Origin: the human T2T-CHM13v2.0 reference genome, Homo sapiens
NCBI RefSeq assembly: GCF_009914755.1
Contig: NC_060936.1
DNA length: 64,000 nt
Reading direction: 5' to 3' (one strand)
This document shows positions 14,384-27,245 of the stretch, in pieces. The position numbers and the translations under genes are program-made. Numbering within the stretch: the first letter of the stretch is position 1; the number at the start of each line of letters is the position of its first letter. A model generated the notes under the pieces. It had not been told where the DNA came from and did no database searches. It saw nothing but the letters and a program-made list of their open reading frames with translations.

Positions 14384-15530
14384 GGGTTCATAATCCCAAA
14401 AGATACAACTCAAAATGCCACAATCTCAAATCCCAAAAGGTCAAATTCCTAAAATAAATCATAAAAAATTCTTTAAAAGACATTCATTTACATGTTTTAA
14501 AGAGGATTTATTTGAGAAACATAAAAACACAACAGACCATAGGCCACTTTACACAATAAAATGGACAATAATAACATACATATTTTCATAAACATAAACA
14601 CTCAGGTATGCTAAAGACAGTCACATGGGTATAACAATTATGAATCATATTCACAAAGAAATAGGTCAAAAAGCCACATGGAGGGAAACGACACACACTG
14701 GGGCCTACTGGGGGGTGTCGGTGGGGAGGGAGAGCATCAGGAAGCATAGCTAATGGATGCTGGACTTAATACCTAGGTGATGGGTTGATCTGTGCAGCAA
14801 ACCACCATGGCACACATTTACCTGTGTAACAAACCTGCACACCCTGCTCATGAACACCTGAACTTAAAATAAAAGTTGAAGGAAAAAAAGGAAATAGGTC
14901 AAAAAGTGAAATGTATAAACGCATATCACTATGGTTAGTAAATGTGTGCACCCAGCTTTCTTAGTTCATCTGAAATACCGTGAAGAGCATCCTAAGTCTT
15001 TTGATGAGATCGATCAAAAATTGTGATGGGACAAGTTGGTCCCAGCTCTCAGAGACAGATCAATTCACCTTCTGTATTTGTTATCTCTGGGCTCCTGGGC
15101 TCCTGGCCCACGGCATGGTGTCTCCCACCACCAAGGGCAGATCTTCCCCACATAGTCCTCTCAGACTCATACATAATCTCCTGTGGAAACGTCCTCGCAG
15201 ACACACCCAAAATAATGCTTTACCAGGTTTTTAGTTATTCCTTAATCTGGTTAAGTTTACATCTAAAATTAAGTCCACAAATTCACCTCTTGTTAACATG
15301 ACACTTACTTGCATCTCCTTACACCATATTTAATTTCCAAATAAAGACCACAACAAGGTGCTAGTTCCACCAAACATGATGCAACTAACATGATACAACT
15401 ACCTTTTATGCAACCAAAAATGCGCTAATCCCATCGCCAGAATTCAGCTTTCAGTATCTCAACATTTGGGGTTTCAACATTTGGGATTACAGCATTCGGA
15501 ATTGTGTCTTTTGGGATTATAATTGGCATC
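14384..15530. mobile_element. Ricksha (MULE-type) DNA transposon carrying an MLT2/ERVL piece
   Basis: Inverted termini 'cataatcccaaaagatacaa' and 'ttgtgtcttttgggattata'. Internal MLT2-like 'ctcctgtggaaacgtcctcgcagacacacccaaaataatgctttaccagg'. Confidence 0.7.
14674..14890 (+). mobile_element. Short L1PB-like 3' end nested in Ricksha
   Basis: L1 3'UTR 'gggagagcatcaggaagcatagctaatggatgctgg'. TSD gaaataggtcaaaaag at 14658-14673 and 14891-14906. Confidence 0.85.
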
Positions 15531-17821
15531 ATTATTACCACACCTAGAAAATTAATTGCTTAGTATCATTAAGTATTTCATGTTTCTATTTCTCTGATCT
15601 TAAAACGCTTTTTCCATTTGTTTGTTTGAATTGTTTTGCAGATATGATTCAGACCCTGTGATGAATTGAAATGTCTCCTAAGCCTCATTTTATCTATAAA
15701 TTCCTCCTTTTGTCTATTTTTTCTTGCTTTTAAAAATCTTAATTGAAATAGCTGGGTTGTTTTTTCTATAGAATTTCCCCCACAGTCTGGATTTTGCTGA
15801 GCTACATGCCTTTAATGCCATTTAACACATTCTTCTGTTTTGTCTATTTCCTATACATTGGTAGTTACACCCTGAGGCTTGATCGGGCTCAGGGCCAATT
15901 TTTGCTCTGCAAGACTACATCATAGGTGTCAGCGGTTCTTCAGGAGGCATTTAATGTCTGTTTTCCTCTCCATTTGGACGCGGTCAGTCATTGAGAACCA
16001 TTATCTGGCTCCGTAAGTGTGCATTCTGAGGCCAGTCCCTTCACTGTGCTTACTCACCAGACCAGTCACACACTAATAAGCAGCTACTGTAAAGGTGGGT
16101 GTCGGAGGGTAGAAATAGATAACATATAATTTGACCCGGAAGTAATAGGCAATCCACGGGGGAGCAAACTACAAACTACATTGGGAGACATAAAAACTAT
16201 TATGGTCCACGCAAGTGGTGAAATTGAAGGCTCTAAAGGTAATATGACATCACAAAGGAGGGGGATAATCAGCATTCTTCAGCCCCTGGCCACCTGTCAG
16301 CATAAGAAAGCCTTTGACATGATTTCATGTTCACAATGTTTTTTCAAATAAATCAATAGAATAATGAGGCATCACATGACCCAGTGAAACATCTCAGCTT
16401 CATACATATAGTTTAAAAACAATGTAGCTTAGCAGCTGGACATGAAGAAAATATATTAACATTTCAATAGACGGAAAACTTGATATCACCAATAGTAAAT
16501 GTCCTCTTACCGCCCAAATGTCTCTCCCACCCAATAATTAATGTGATCCTAGACTATATTAGCAGAATTATCAAATCTAGACTCTAAAAGATAATGATTC
16601 AATTCTATTCTACACCAGTCAAGACATTCCATGAGAACTACAAGAGGAAAATATCAAATACCATCACATTTACTTCTATACCCATATCTATATCTGTCTA
16701 CGTGCTACCACAAACTATGGACACTCCTGGCATTGTATTTTTAAGTTGATGATTATACAGAATGTTTAAAAACCCCTGGGCTACACCATGAAGCAGATTT
16801 GATCAGTGGAAGCCATTTGAGCTGGTTTCATGTCCTTTTGCCATTTTCCCATAATTTTATTTGTTTGGCTCCTTTTTTTTTTCAGTACAAACATACATAC
16901 ACACACCAATTACATTTACATCTACACCTTTATCTGTATCTGTCTACCTACATACTAAAAACCATAAATCTACTGATACCTTCAATCCCAATCTAGTACC
17001 ACAGATCACAGGGATCATTCCAGTTTCTTCTCTTTCTATACTTGCAATTTCCTTCTCAGATAGTGAAAAACCTGGCTTCCAATAACCTTAAATATATTTA
17101 CCTATTTGATCAATCCCAGTGTATGTAACTTATCTCCCATCTTCCCTGCCACTCCCTCCCTGCTCTGACTCTGATTCCCATTGCAAGCCACTCTCCCATA
17201 AGATGCCTTCCTTAACTGGCTTGGGCTCTGACACTCCGCATCAGGACACACTCCTTCCTCACATTAACACTGTCTTCACCCAGTGCAGGTTCTGACACCC
17301 ATACCAGGCTATGTTAGCTCTGTACCACCTCCCATACCAAAGATGGTTTAGGATTGAATTGTTCAGGAAGGGATGGGAAAGGAGAGAAAGTGAGAAAAAA
17401 TAAAAGAAATCAGAAGAAAAACTAGACTTTTGGTAGAGAAGAAAAATAGATGAGGGTAGATTAGAGACACCAGTTAGGAATCTAGGAATCTTGCATTCCA
17501 AGTAAAGGGTAATGATAGTTTTATAGGACTGTGGCAGTGAGGTAGAAGTGAATCAAGTTGAGAAACGTTTAGGAAGTAAAATGGATGGAACTTGATGATA
17601 GATTCAATATAATGCATGAGAGAAAGGGAGAGAGTCATGTTGAGGATGACTCAACGGTTTCCAGCTTCATAGCTTTATGGATAATGATACCGTTGCTGAG
17701 CAAAGGAACACTGGAAAAGAACCATATTCTACATATCCACCAATTTCATTATTTCGTACATAGCATTAATATATCTCCCTTGTATTATAGTTATTTATAG
17801 GCATATAGGTTTCTGATATCA

Positions 17822-18025
17822 AGGCTTTTCAGAGGTTTGCAAAGTAAGGCCCACGGGTCAAATTAAGACCTGTTTGGCCCATAGCTAAGAATTGTCTTTA
17901 CATTTTTAAGGTTGTTAAAAGAAAAAAAACAAAGATAAATATGTGACATAGACTGTATGTGGTCAGCAAAGTCTAAAATGTCTGCTCCCTGACTCTTTAT
18001 TTAAAAAGTCTGGGGATCCCTGCTT
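17822..18025. mobile_element. MER58A-like DNA transposon
   Basis: 'ggcccacgggtcaaatt...gctaagaattgtctttacatttttaag...gcaaagtctaaaat'. Confidence 0.6.
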
Positions 18026-19389
18026 TCTATGGTTCATTTTGTTTTATTAGATAATGAACACATGCTAATAAAGTTGAATTTAATACTTAAAAACAAGATA
18101 TCTTCCAAGGAATTTAAAATTGTAAAATTAATACATAGGAAGCATAAGTTTCATGTGTATAGCATATAGAAAAATGCATAATTTTGAAGTTCAGAAAATG
18201 AAAAAAATTTGTTCTTAGTCAACAAAAATTCATAAAGAAAAAGAGTTTGTAAAAATGTGAAGGTTCACCTTGGATGAACACGTTGGAAGTAATTCAAGCA
18301 TTATTGAATTTTTGTATTGAGATGAATGTGTTTTTAATCTTTCAAAATTATATATTATGGATGATAAATTATTTTCTCCTAAACACCAAGTTTTATTGCT
18401 TATAGTTTCTCAGTTTCACCTTTACTTTTTTAATGATAACTAGAATATCATTAACACAGAATGTTAATGAGTGAACCATGGCTCAACAGTTTAGTCAATG
18501 TGAAGCCAAATTCCAATGCCTCATTTATGATTGCACTTGTATAGAACCCAATAATTTTTTGATGTAAAACTATTGCTTCACCTTATCTACAGACCCCCAC
18601 CACAGTCCACTTTGTGCCATGTTCTGTAGCTTGTACCTAGAATTAAGGTTTGGATATTTTTGCTGCTGGCTGCCTTTGGTAATTAATTTTATTTCGTCTA
18701 GTTTTCTTAAGAGGCAAGGTTACAGGAATTGCCATGTAAATGAATATGCAAGTTAGTAACTTAAGCTTATAGCCAATGCACTATATTTTTAATAGGATAG
18801 TAGCTGGATTGATCTGTTTTGCATACAGGTGGTTTTATACAAAGCATATTAGGCATGGGGGAAGGAGCAAAAAAGGAGGGAGAAAGACAGAGACTCTGTC
18901 CTGTCCCCTCCATCCAATGAACCAAACTTTAAACACTTAGTTTACGGCAGACTTCCTTTATGATGCATTTTCTTATCCCTCCCTTATCTGTTTTTGAGTT
19001 TAGTGTTAACTGTTTTTTTTTAATACCCCACCATATGTTGTTCAAATGTCTATCTATACAACTGTCACACTTCAGGACAGTTGGTCCACATTTCTACTCC
19101 TGCCTGCTAGACTGAAGACTCCTTAGGGAAAAGACTGCACCTCCTCTATCTTTCTAGTCCCCTTACCTAATACAGTGCCTACCACGAAGCAGGTAGGTTT
19201 GTAAGATGAAGGAATCCATGGATAGTTTGTAATTCTTGGGAGATGACAATGCCTAGTGGGAGTGGCCAGAAGGATTCTTTAAGGATGAAAAAGAATGAAG
19301 AGTAATAAGGGGAGGCTGAATGTTGGATGTTCTGGGAGTCACTCCTTCTCCTCTGTGGTTTCTGACCATTGAGAGATCAAATGGGGATG

Positions 19390-19760
19390 ACAGCAGAGAT
19401 GGCTAAGTTGTCCCCACTATCTATTCTCTCCTTCTTCCAAGGTGATGGAGTCCTCAAATTTTGCCTAAATACATGACTACCCACAAATGAGACTTCAATT
19501 CCCAGCATCTCTTGCAGGTGGGTGTGGTCATGTGACTGACATCTGGCCAATGGGATGTAGGCATGTGCTCAATGGCAGTTTCTAGGCCATTGCTTCCTTT
19601 TCTCTCCTCATCCTCCAACCTCGATTAAAAGGTCAAGGGCTACATCCAAGGAATGGTGGGGCAGAAAGGAGGAAGGAGCCTGGTATCCCAAGGACTTCAT
19701 AGGGCAGAGCTGATACACAAGCTTCATAATACAAAATCTGGACTATTGCCTGAGAAAGAA
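19390..19760. mobile_element. LTR16-like ERVL LTR relic
   Basis: 'cccagcatctcttgcaggtgggtgtggtcatgtgactgacatctggccaatgggatgt'. Confidence 0.6.
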
Positions 19761-19769
19761 ATTAATATT

Positions 19770-20210
19770 TTTTCATCCTTTCTCTCTTTTCTTTTTCTTT
19801 CTTTCTTTCTTTTCCTTCTTTCTTTCCCTCTCTCTTTCTTTCTTTCCCTCTCTCTTTCTTTCTTTTCTTCTTTGTCTTCTTTTCCTTTCTTTTCTTTCTT
19901 TCTACCAGCTTTTCCTAGCTTTTTATTGTGGTAAAATAGACCTAACCTAAAATTTACCATCAAAACCATTTTTAAGCATACAGCTCAGTGGCATTCGCAC
20001 ATTTACACTGCTGTGCAGCCGTCACCACCAGCCATTTCCAGGACTTTGCCATCATCCCAACCTGAAACTCTACCCATGAAACACAAGCTGCCCAACTCCC
20101 ACCTTGTTTCCCCATCCCTGGCGGCCACTGCTTCTGCTGCTATGAACTGGACTGTTCTAGGCACCTCACATAAGTGGACTCACACAATATCTGTCCTTTC
20201 ATGTCTAGCT
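19770..20210 (-). mobile_element. L1MB 3' end with CT-rich expanded tail
   Basis: Pyrimidine tract 19770-19925, then 'aaatttaccatcaaaaccatttttaagcatacagctcagtggcatt'. Confidence 0.7.
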
Positions 20211-20320
20211 TCTCTATTTAATTTTTTTTAATAAAACCTTTTAAGAGACAGGGGTCTCATTATTTTGCCCAGGCTGGTCATGAACTCCTGGCCTCTGGTG
20301 ATCCTCCCACGTCATCATGA

Positions 20321-20636
<316 letters not shown>

Positions 20637-21129
20637 TCTATTTATTTTTTAAAGGTGGGTGGGAACTAAGTGGACCATAGAGGAGCTTCCCGCACAGGTA
20701 AAGACAAGGTCGGGTGTACTGAGAGACGCAGGAAAGTGGGTCAGGGTGTAGGGCTGGAGGGCAGCTATGGCCTCTGGGCCTGGACTATGGCCTCTGCCCC
20801 GGGGCACACACAGAGCAAGGGCTGCCCAGAGGAGCCAAGACTGGCTGTCAGCCTGGCCCTGAGCCCAGGGGGAAGGCAGTGAGGGACAGAGGACAGAGTA
20901 CACAGGTCCTGTCTTTGGCCATAAGCAACCCGAAATGAGGCTTAGTCTCCTTCCTGGAAGCCCACTCTGTGCCTCACATGGTGGGCCCCAGCGTGAAGTA
21001 TGTGACTGCGTGACTCCAGTTCCTATGTTGACCAGGATGTTCTTCAACTCCTGGGGCCAAGAAATCCTCCCACCTCAGCCTTCCAAAGTTCTGGGATTAT
21101 AGGTGTAAGCCACTGCTCCCCACCTGGAA

Positions 21130-23333
21130 TGCTGTCTTTGTACCAGCTCCCTGGGCCTGGTAGAGAGGCACACATTCTGCTAAGAGACTTTTCCTGACTT
21201 CCCTAACCCTAGAAGGGATTTGTCCCTCCTTATTTTACTCATGGCTGGATTAGAGTTCCATTGTTTTTGAGGCTATTTTCCTGGCCAGTGCAGGGTCTCA
21301 TTCATTTCTGTAGTGATCATGGTCTGCACTGAAGACAGGATCAGTAGATGTTTGCAGACAGAATGAATAAACCACTAATCAGTCTCTTAATGCTTGAATG
21401 GACTTGCTACTTCCTTGTTTCGATTTGTGTCTGTACAATCCCCTCACATGGATAGTACAGTAAACACACACGGACTCCCTCAGATGTGGTAACTAACACG
21501 GAATTCATCTTAAGATATGCAAAGAAAGTATCTTACATCTTTATCCGCCTCCTGATCTTACAGATGGGAGAACTGAGGCAGAAGACTAAGTTAAGATGGC
21601 CAGCAAATTTGCACTGGTATAAATACAAACAAAGGGAGGGGAGGAACATTCTTGAAAGGGGTGTGGTGGTCTCAGATGGTTGGGTTCCTCGGATGGTGGA
21701 GGATCAGTTGGCCGTGCCTTGGTTATCTGACAGGAGGGAAGAGAAGTGGGAGGTGAGGAGTAGTTCCTGGGTCCTCATGAGTATTTGAGGCAGGTTCAGG
21801 TCTGAGAAGCCAAGGATATCCTTCCTGGAAGCCTGAGTTAGGAGGAGGAACTCACTGCTGGAGAAAAAGTTGAAGAGGAAGGAAGACAGACATCTCAGAT
21901 CATGGGAAGTGCTGGCCTGAGGAGGCGAGGACAGAACCATCAGGGTAGAAGTAGGGGCTGAGGAAGCCGGCAGGGGGAGCAGAGGAGTAGGTACCAGCAT
22001 GGTGAAGAGGTGCAGTGCATTGTGTATGATACACACATTATTATTATTGGGAATAACCGTGTATCAGAGTGCAGTTCTCAGCCTGAAGAATGGGAAATGG
22101 AAAGGATCAGAGATTCAGAGAAGGCACATGGCCCTTTAAGACCAAATGAAGCCTCCTAGGCATTTCCTGCCACACTCACCCAGGCCCACCCACACCTCTG
22201 TTGCAATGGAGGGCCTCACTACAGTGCCCAGTAGAGCTGGCCTAGGGCACAATGCCAGGCCTGATGAATGTCTTTCTGGCCATGTTCAAGCAACAGGCTG
22301 TGATTAGGCCTAATTATAGGGGCCTGGTCTCTTAATATTCTGCGTGGCATGTCTCTTGCCAATCAAATCAGTGCCATGTGCAGTGTGATTCCTGCTTTAG
22401 TGGCATTGGGGGAGGAGTTAATTCAACCCAGTATAAATAGATTGTGCTCTCACCTTGCAATTTGAGGATTATTTTTCCCACCTGTCATGCACCTCCTTCC
22501 TTCTGGCTCCCTAAGCTCTAGTCTGGGTGAGCAGGGCCTGGACACTGCTATACCTAGAGTCACTAGCCACTGCCCAGTCTGTGTAAGAAGCAGGCCTCGA
22601 ATTCCTCAGGGTTAGAGTGGGAAGAACCCATGTGTGCACATTTGCTTTTCCAACCTGGGCACCATTTGGCAGCTGATTCGGGCAATTCTCTCACCACCAC
22701 CACACTGCCCATGTATCCCTGTTTCCAGCCTCTGTTTTCCTCTGCAGCCAGGGCTCCTTTCTTGTATACCCAAGGTGGGGAGCTGAACTGAGATCACGTA
22801 TGGACAGGGTTCTTGGCAGGTACCAAGCACCTTATAAGGGGTGAGGAAATGTTGCTCCTTCTCCAAGTTCCTCCATTTTCCCTACCAATTACCCAGCCCC
22901 TGGTCCTGCCCATTCCCTCCCTCATTCACTCAGCAGCTATCAGCAGAATCCCATCTCCTATGAGCTCCTGGCCTCCCACCAAATGCTCTGTCTCCCATCC
23001 CCACCTTTATAGACTGAAGCTGTGCACACGATTAGGATAAGGGCTGTGGTGTCTCAACACCACGCTACCTGAGGTGAGTGGGTGCCGGTGGGCGTGGGTG
23101 GCTCTGATGCTCTGGCTCCCACCCACAGGCACCATGACTCCTGCGAGGACCCAGCATCCCCTGGCAGATCAGACCTATGCCTTGTCCCACATCCCACCAG
23201 ACCTGCAGTGAGAGGAGGCCGTCCGGCAGGTGGCAGATGCCCGGCAGTGCCTGCAGAAGGTCCCTGGAGACATCTTCAGCAGGTGGGTGCTGCCACCCAT
23301 CCCCCACCTGATCAGAGGGCCGCCCCCTGTCCT
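21130..23333 (+). pseudogene. WASHC1: Unprocessed WASH/WASHC1 fragment: about 2 kb of intron 1, the first coding exon (23129-23282) and about 50 nt of intron 2
   Basis: cag|GCACCATG at 23129, ATG at 23134. Translates [49 protein letters not shown] versus recalled WASH [50 protein letters not shown]. 154-nt exon with intact AG and GT, TGA at 23209. Upstream DNA matches recalled WASH intron 1. Confidence 0.9.
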
Positions 23334-24210
23334 TCTGCGGTCACCTGCGTTTATCCTGCTTCCCTCCCACGCCCGAACCTCTTGCTCGCCTCCTCCCTCT
23401 TCTCAATGCCCTGCGAGTAGCAAAGCCTCCTCTGGACGCCAAGAGACAGGAAGGGCTGCCCTGGGCCATGACCCTGCCCCGCGGTGGGTGTGTGAAAGTC
23501 AGGGTGGCAGTGACGCGGCGCCTGCGGCGAGAGGAAGACTAGGCCAGGGGGAGAAGGAAGAAAGCCGACCGCTGGGCTGCTGGGATCCCGCGCCCTCGCG
23601 CTCCCCACCGCCGCCCAGGCGCAGGAAGGGCTCAAGAGGCTGGCGGGCGGCTTGGAGAGACTTCTGGAGAATCCGGTGCGCCGGGCTCTACCTCAAGGAG
23701 CTCAGGGCCATCGTGCTGAACCAACAGAGGCTCGTCCGCACCCAGCGCCAGAGCATCGACGAGCTGGAGCGGCGGCTGAACGAGCTGAGCGCCTAGAATC
23801 GCAGCCTGTGGGAGCATCCGCAGCTGCCGCAAGCGCAGCCTCCGCCCGGATTCCTTACCTCGTAGCCGTCCCCGCTGCCGGCCCTCCTAGGCACCGCTGC
23901 CGCCGCCACCGCCGGGGCCCAGGAACATCTTCAGGACCACGGACAGCGCTCATCCGCCCGGCCACTGCCCGCGCCCGAGCTGGCATCGTTTCAGAACCAC
24001 GAACAGCTCCTGGCGCAACCCCAGCCAGACCCTGGAGGCAGGGCTCACACAACCCAGTCGCCCCATCAGCACCCGGGAACACTTGGGGTCAAGGCCAACA
24101 AGGAGAAGAAAGGTCCCCCGGGTTGCTGCGCTGCCCCCGGAACCCCCCTTCAGCAAGAATCTCCCGCGCCCTCGGCAAGGGAGTCCTGAGCAGGAGACCT
24201 GAGTGAGCGG
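23334..24210. promoter_or_regulatory. CpG island (IQSEC3-derived promoter/exon 1)
   Basis: Abrupt GC- and CpG-rich stretch in a CpG-poor window. TGACGC half-CRE at about 23511 and GC boxes. Confidence 0.8.
23652..24202 (+). pseudogene. IQSEC3: Unprocessed IQSEC3 pseudogene, first coding exon only
   Basis: [10 protein letters not shown], then a frameshift to [43 protein letters not shown], and a return to [12 protein letters not shown]. This matches the recalled IQSEC3 N-terminus (MESLLENPVRAVLYLKEL...[10 protein letters not shown]). ATG>TTG, stops at 23794 and 23863, donor ga|gtgagc at 24203. Confidence 0.92.
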
Positions 24211-25959
24211 GGAAGAGCAGATGAGCACTGCTGTGGTGGAAGCAAGGGAAGCAAGCGGGTGTGAGGGGGAGATGCAGAAATTGGGTGCGTGGGAGTCTAA
24301 AGGACCTGGGTGATGTGGCGTGAAGGGGTGAGAAGATGCTTGGGGGCAGAAGCCTGACAGGGAGATTTCGGGGAAAAGAGGGGAAAATATTAGTGTTTGA
24401 GAAGGTTTTGGGGAATGTTGGCGCAAAAAGGAGTAACCAGATCATCAGTAGGGGCAAAAGACGAAAGAAAGAGGATATTTAAGCGATTGGGGATATTGGG
24501 AACTGGCAGCATTTAAAGGGACTAGACTAGAAGGAAGTTGGAGTGAAGATCAAACTGAAGAAAATAGAACCATTGAAATATTTTTTTAAGTTAGAAAAAA
24601 AATGGAAGGGAGTTTCAGTAGTAGAAGTATTTGAATGGAGAGTGAGATACGAAAAAGTCAGAGACATGGAGGCATGCGAAGAGCTTTACAAGGGCTGGGG
24701 CCAAGGAAGAGTAGGACTGGGGTAGAGGGGAATTCAGAAGGTGGAGAACAACGCTGAAAAGCAGGAGTGATGTGGGAAACCAGGGGAGCTGGAGGCAGAG
24801 GAAGAGAAAATGTGACTCTTTACCTGGTGCGGCGGGAGTCACAGCCAAGAGGGGCTCATTTGGGGAAGTTTTCTCTACTCTGACCCAAGTGAGCACCTTT
24901 CTTCTGAGCACCCCCCAAAGTGGGGTGCTCACTTCAAAGTGAGCCGAAGGGGTGGAAGTGTTGCAAGGAAACACCCATCAAACCAATGAAGAACTCACAT
25001 ATACCTTGAGGACTCCGTCTGGTAATAGCGTTTTCCTCCGACTCAAGGAGGATTTTCATGCAATAGCGTTGGCCATCGTGGAAAGGGAACAATGACATGG
25101 GGGATGGTTGGCAGATGGAGTTGATATTCGGTTGTCATGCCTGTTTTAATCTTCTTGTTAGGGCCAGCAACTGCAAACCTTATTTCCTTTTGGCTATTTG
25201 CTGATCACTAAAATCTCATCGTGGGTCATGAGAGAAATGCTATCCTCCCAGGACCTAGGACCTCAAGCTCTTTCTTCACTCAGGAGGTCCATAAACTAGG
25301 AATATGGGAAGAAACCTTAAACGGGCTGGAATATTCTCTTCTCTGTACTGAAAAGTCTGTGCCCATGTCAGCTTTCCTTCTCTGATTAGACAGGTGATGG
25401 GAAACTGCATGGAAGACCAGTGAGAGGGAAATTGTATCTGGTCAGCACCTGGCCTTGACAATGGTGATGCTCAAGGGGATGGAGAGAGGTAAAGTAGAGC
25501 TGAGGATCTCATCTTCATTCAGTCTCATGTGTGCTTCAAATCTTGGGGATAACTGTGAAGATTTGCTGTATTCCTTAAAACTCATTTTTTTTCTCTCATC
25601 TGTTGTGGACTTAGAGAAGCTAAGTTAGGGTATGTTAGCTCACAGTGTAAGCTGACCAGAACCATAGAATCTAAGAGGAAACATCGAAGATGATCTGGCT
25701 TGGCAGACCTACAACATTTCATTCAAGTCCCAAAAACATGCAGTTTTCTATCCCATTTCCTTCAAAGACCCATTTGCACTTCCCTCAGTTTCACCTGTTT
25801 TTTTTTCTGTTTTTTTCTTTTTTTTTTTTTTTTTTTGGTTGTTTTGTTTCATTTCTTTGTCTAGCATAAAAAGCAGAAAATCAGTTTTCCCTCATTCCTC
25901 AAGGCTCAGCAAAAAGGGACATTCTTCCACGATACTAAGTGGTCTTTTCTCCTAAGGAG

Positions 25960-27245
25960 AGAGAACTTTTCCTTCTTTGGGGTAAATGCCAAAGAGTATA
26001 ATTGCTCGGTCACATGAGAAGTGCACGTTTGGTTTTTGAAGAAACTGCCAAAATACTTTGCAGAGTCACTATACCGTGTTCTAGTCATGCCCACGATGTA
26101 TGAAAGATCCAGTTTCTTTGCATCCTTGCTAACATTTTGTGTCATTTTTTATCTTATCCATTCTAACAGGCATAGTGGTAGCCCATTGTGGTTTTAATTT
26201 GCATTTCTTAATGGCTAATGTTGCTGACCATATTTATATGTGCATATTTGCTGATCACATTTTCTTTGGTGAAATGTCTCTTCGTGTCTTTTGACCATTT
26301 TCTCATGGGATAGTGTTTTAAAATGTATTGAGTTTTGAGAGTTTTTCATAGATTCTATATATAAGTCCTTTGTTATATGGTTTGAAGATGTTTTCACTCA
26401 GTCTGTAGCATTTCTTTTTGTCCCTGTAATAGGATCCTTCACAGAGCAAGAGCCCTAAATTATTTTGAAGTTCACCTTACCAGTTTTTCCTTCTATGAAT
26501 TGTTTTTGTGTCATGTCTCAGAACTAGGTGTTGAAATTTCTCCTGTTTTCTTCTAAAAGTTTAATAGCTTTCCATGTTAAATTTAAATCTGTGATCCATT
26601 GAAATTAATTTTGATATAAGATAGGAATTTTAGGTTGAGGTTCAAATTTTGCACATGAAAATGCCATTGTTCCCATAGCATTTGGTGAAGGATTCTCGTT
26701 TCTCTATTGAGTTGCCTTTGCAGCTTTGTTGGAAATCACTTGGCCATGTTTGTGTAGATCCACTTCTGGACTTCGTGTTCTGTTCCACTGGTCTGTATAT
26801 CCAGCCCTTCCCCAAAACACACACTGTCGTGACTCCTCTAACATCAGAGTAGGACTTCAAACTGTGTAGCACAACTCCTCCTACTGAATTCATCTTTTTA
26901 TCTTTACCTTTTCATATAAATTTAGGAATCAGTTTGTCTATACAGACAAAATATCCTGTGCTGAGATTTTGGTGGATTTGCTTTAAAGGAATACATCAAT
27001 TTTGGAAGAATTAAAATTTTTAGTGTGTTGAGTTTTCCCATCCATGAATATATCTCTTCATTTGTTTGGGCTTTCTTTGATTTTGTTTATAGCATTTTTG
27101 GTTTTCAGAATACAGATTCTTATATACCTAAGAATTTCATTTTTCAGAGGTATTATAAATGGAATTTTTGCAAAATTTTAAATGTCCAGTTATTACTAGC
27201 ATATAAATATTGAATTTAGTTTTATATGTTGACCTTGTATTATTT
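25960..27245 (-). mobile_element. Old L1M ORF2/3' fragment
   Basis: 'cattgtggttttaatttgcatttctt', 'gaatcagtttgtcta', 'gagttttcccatccatgaa'. Confidence 0.75.

Noticed and set aside
16080-16260. Possible promoter (CCGGAAGT ETS motif, ACTACA motifs)
   Set aside because: Isolated short motifs with no CpG island or downstream exon.
19653-19969. Lys/Arg/Glu-rich and Phe/Leu/Ser-rich ORFs
   Set aside because: Translations of a CT microsatellite tract.
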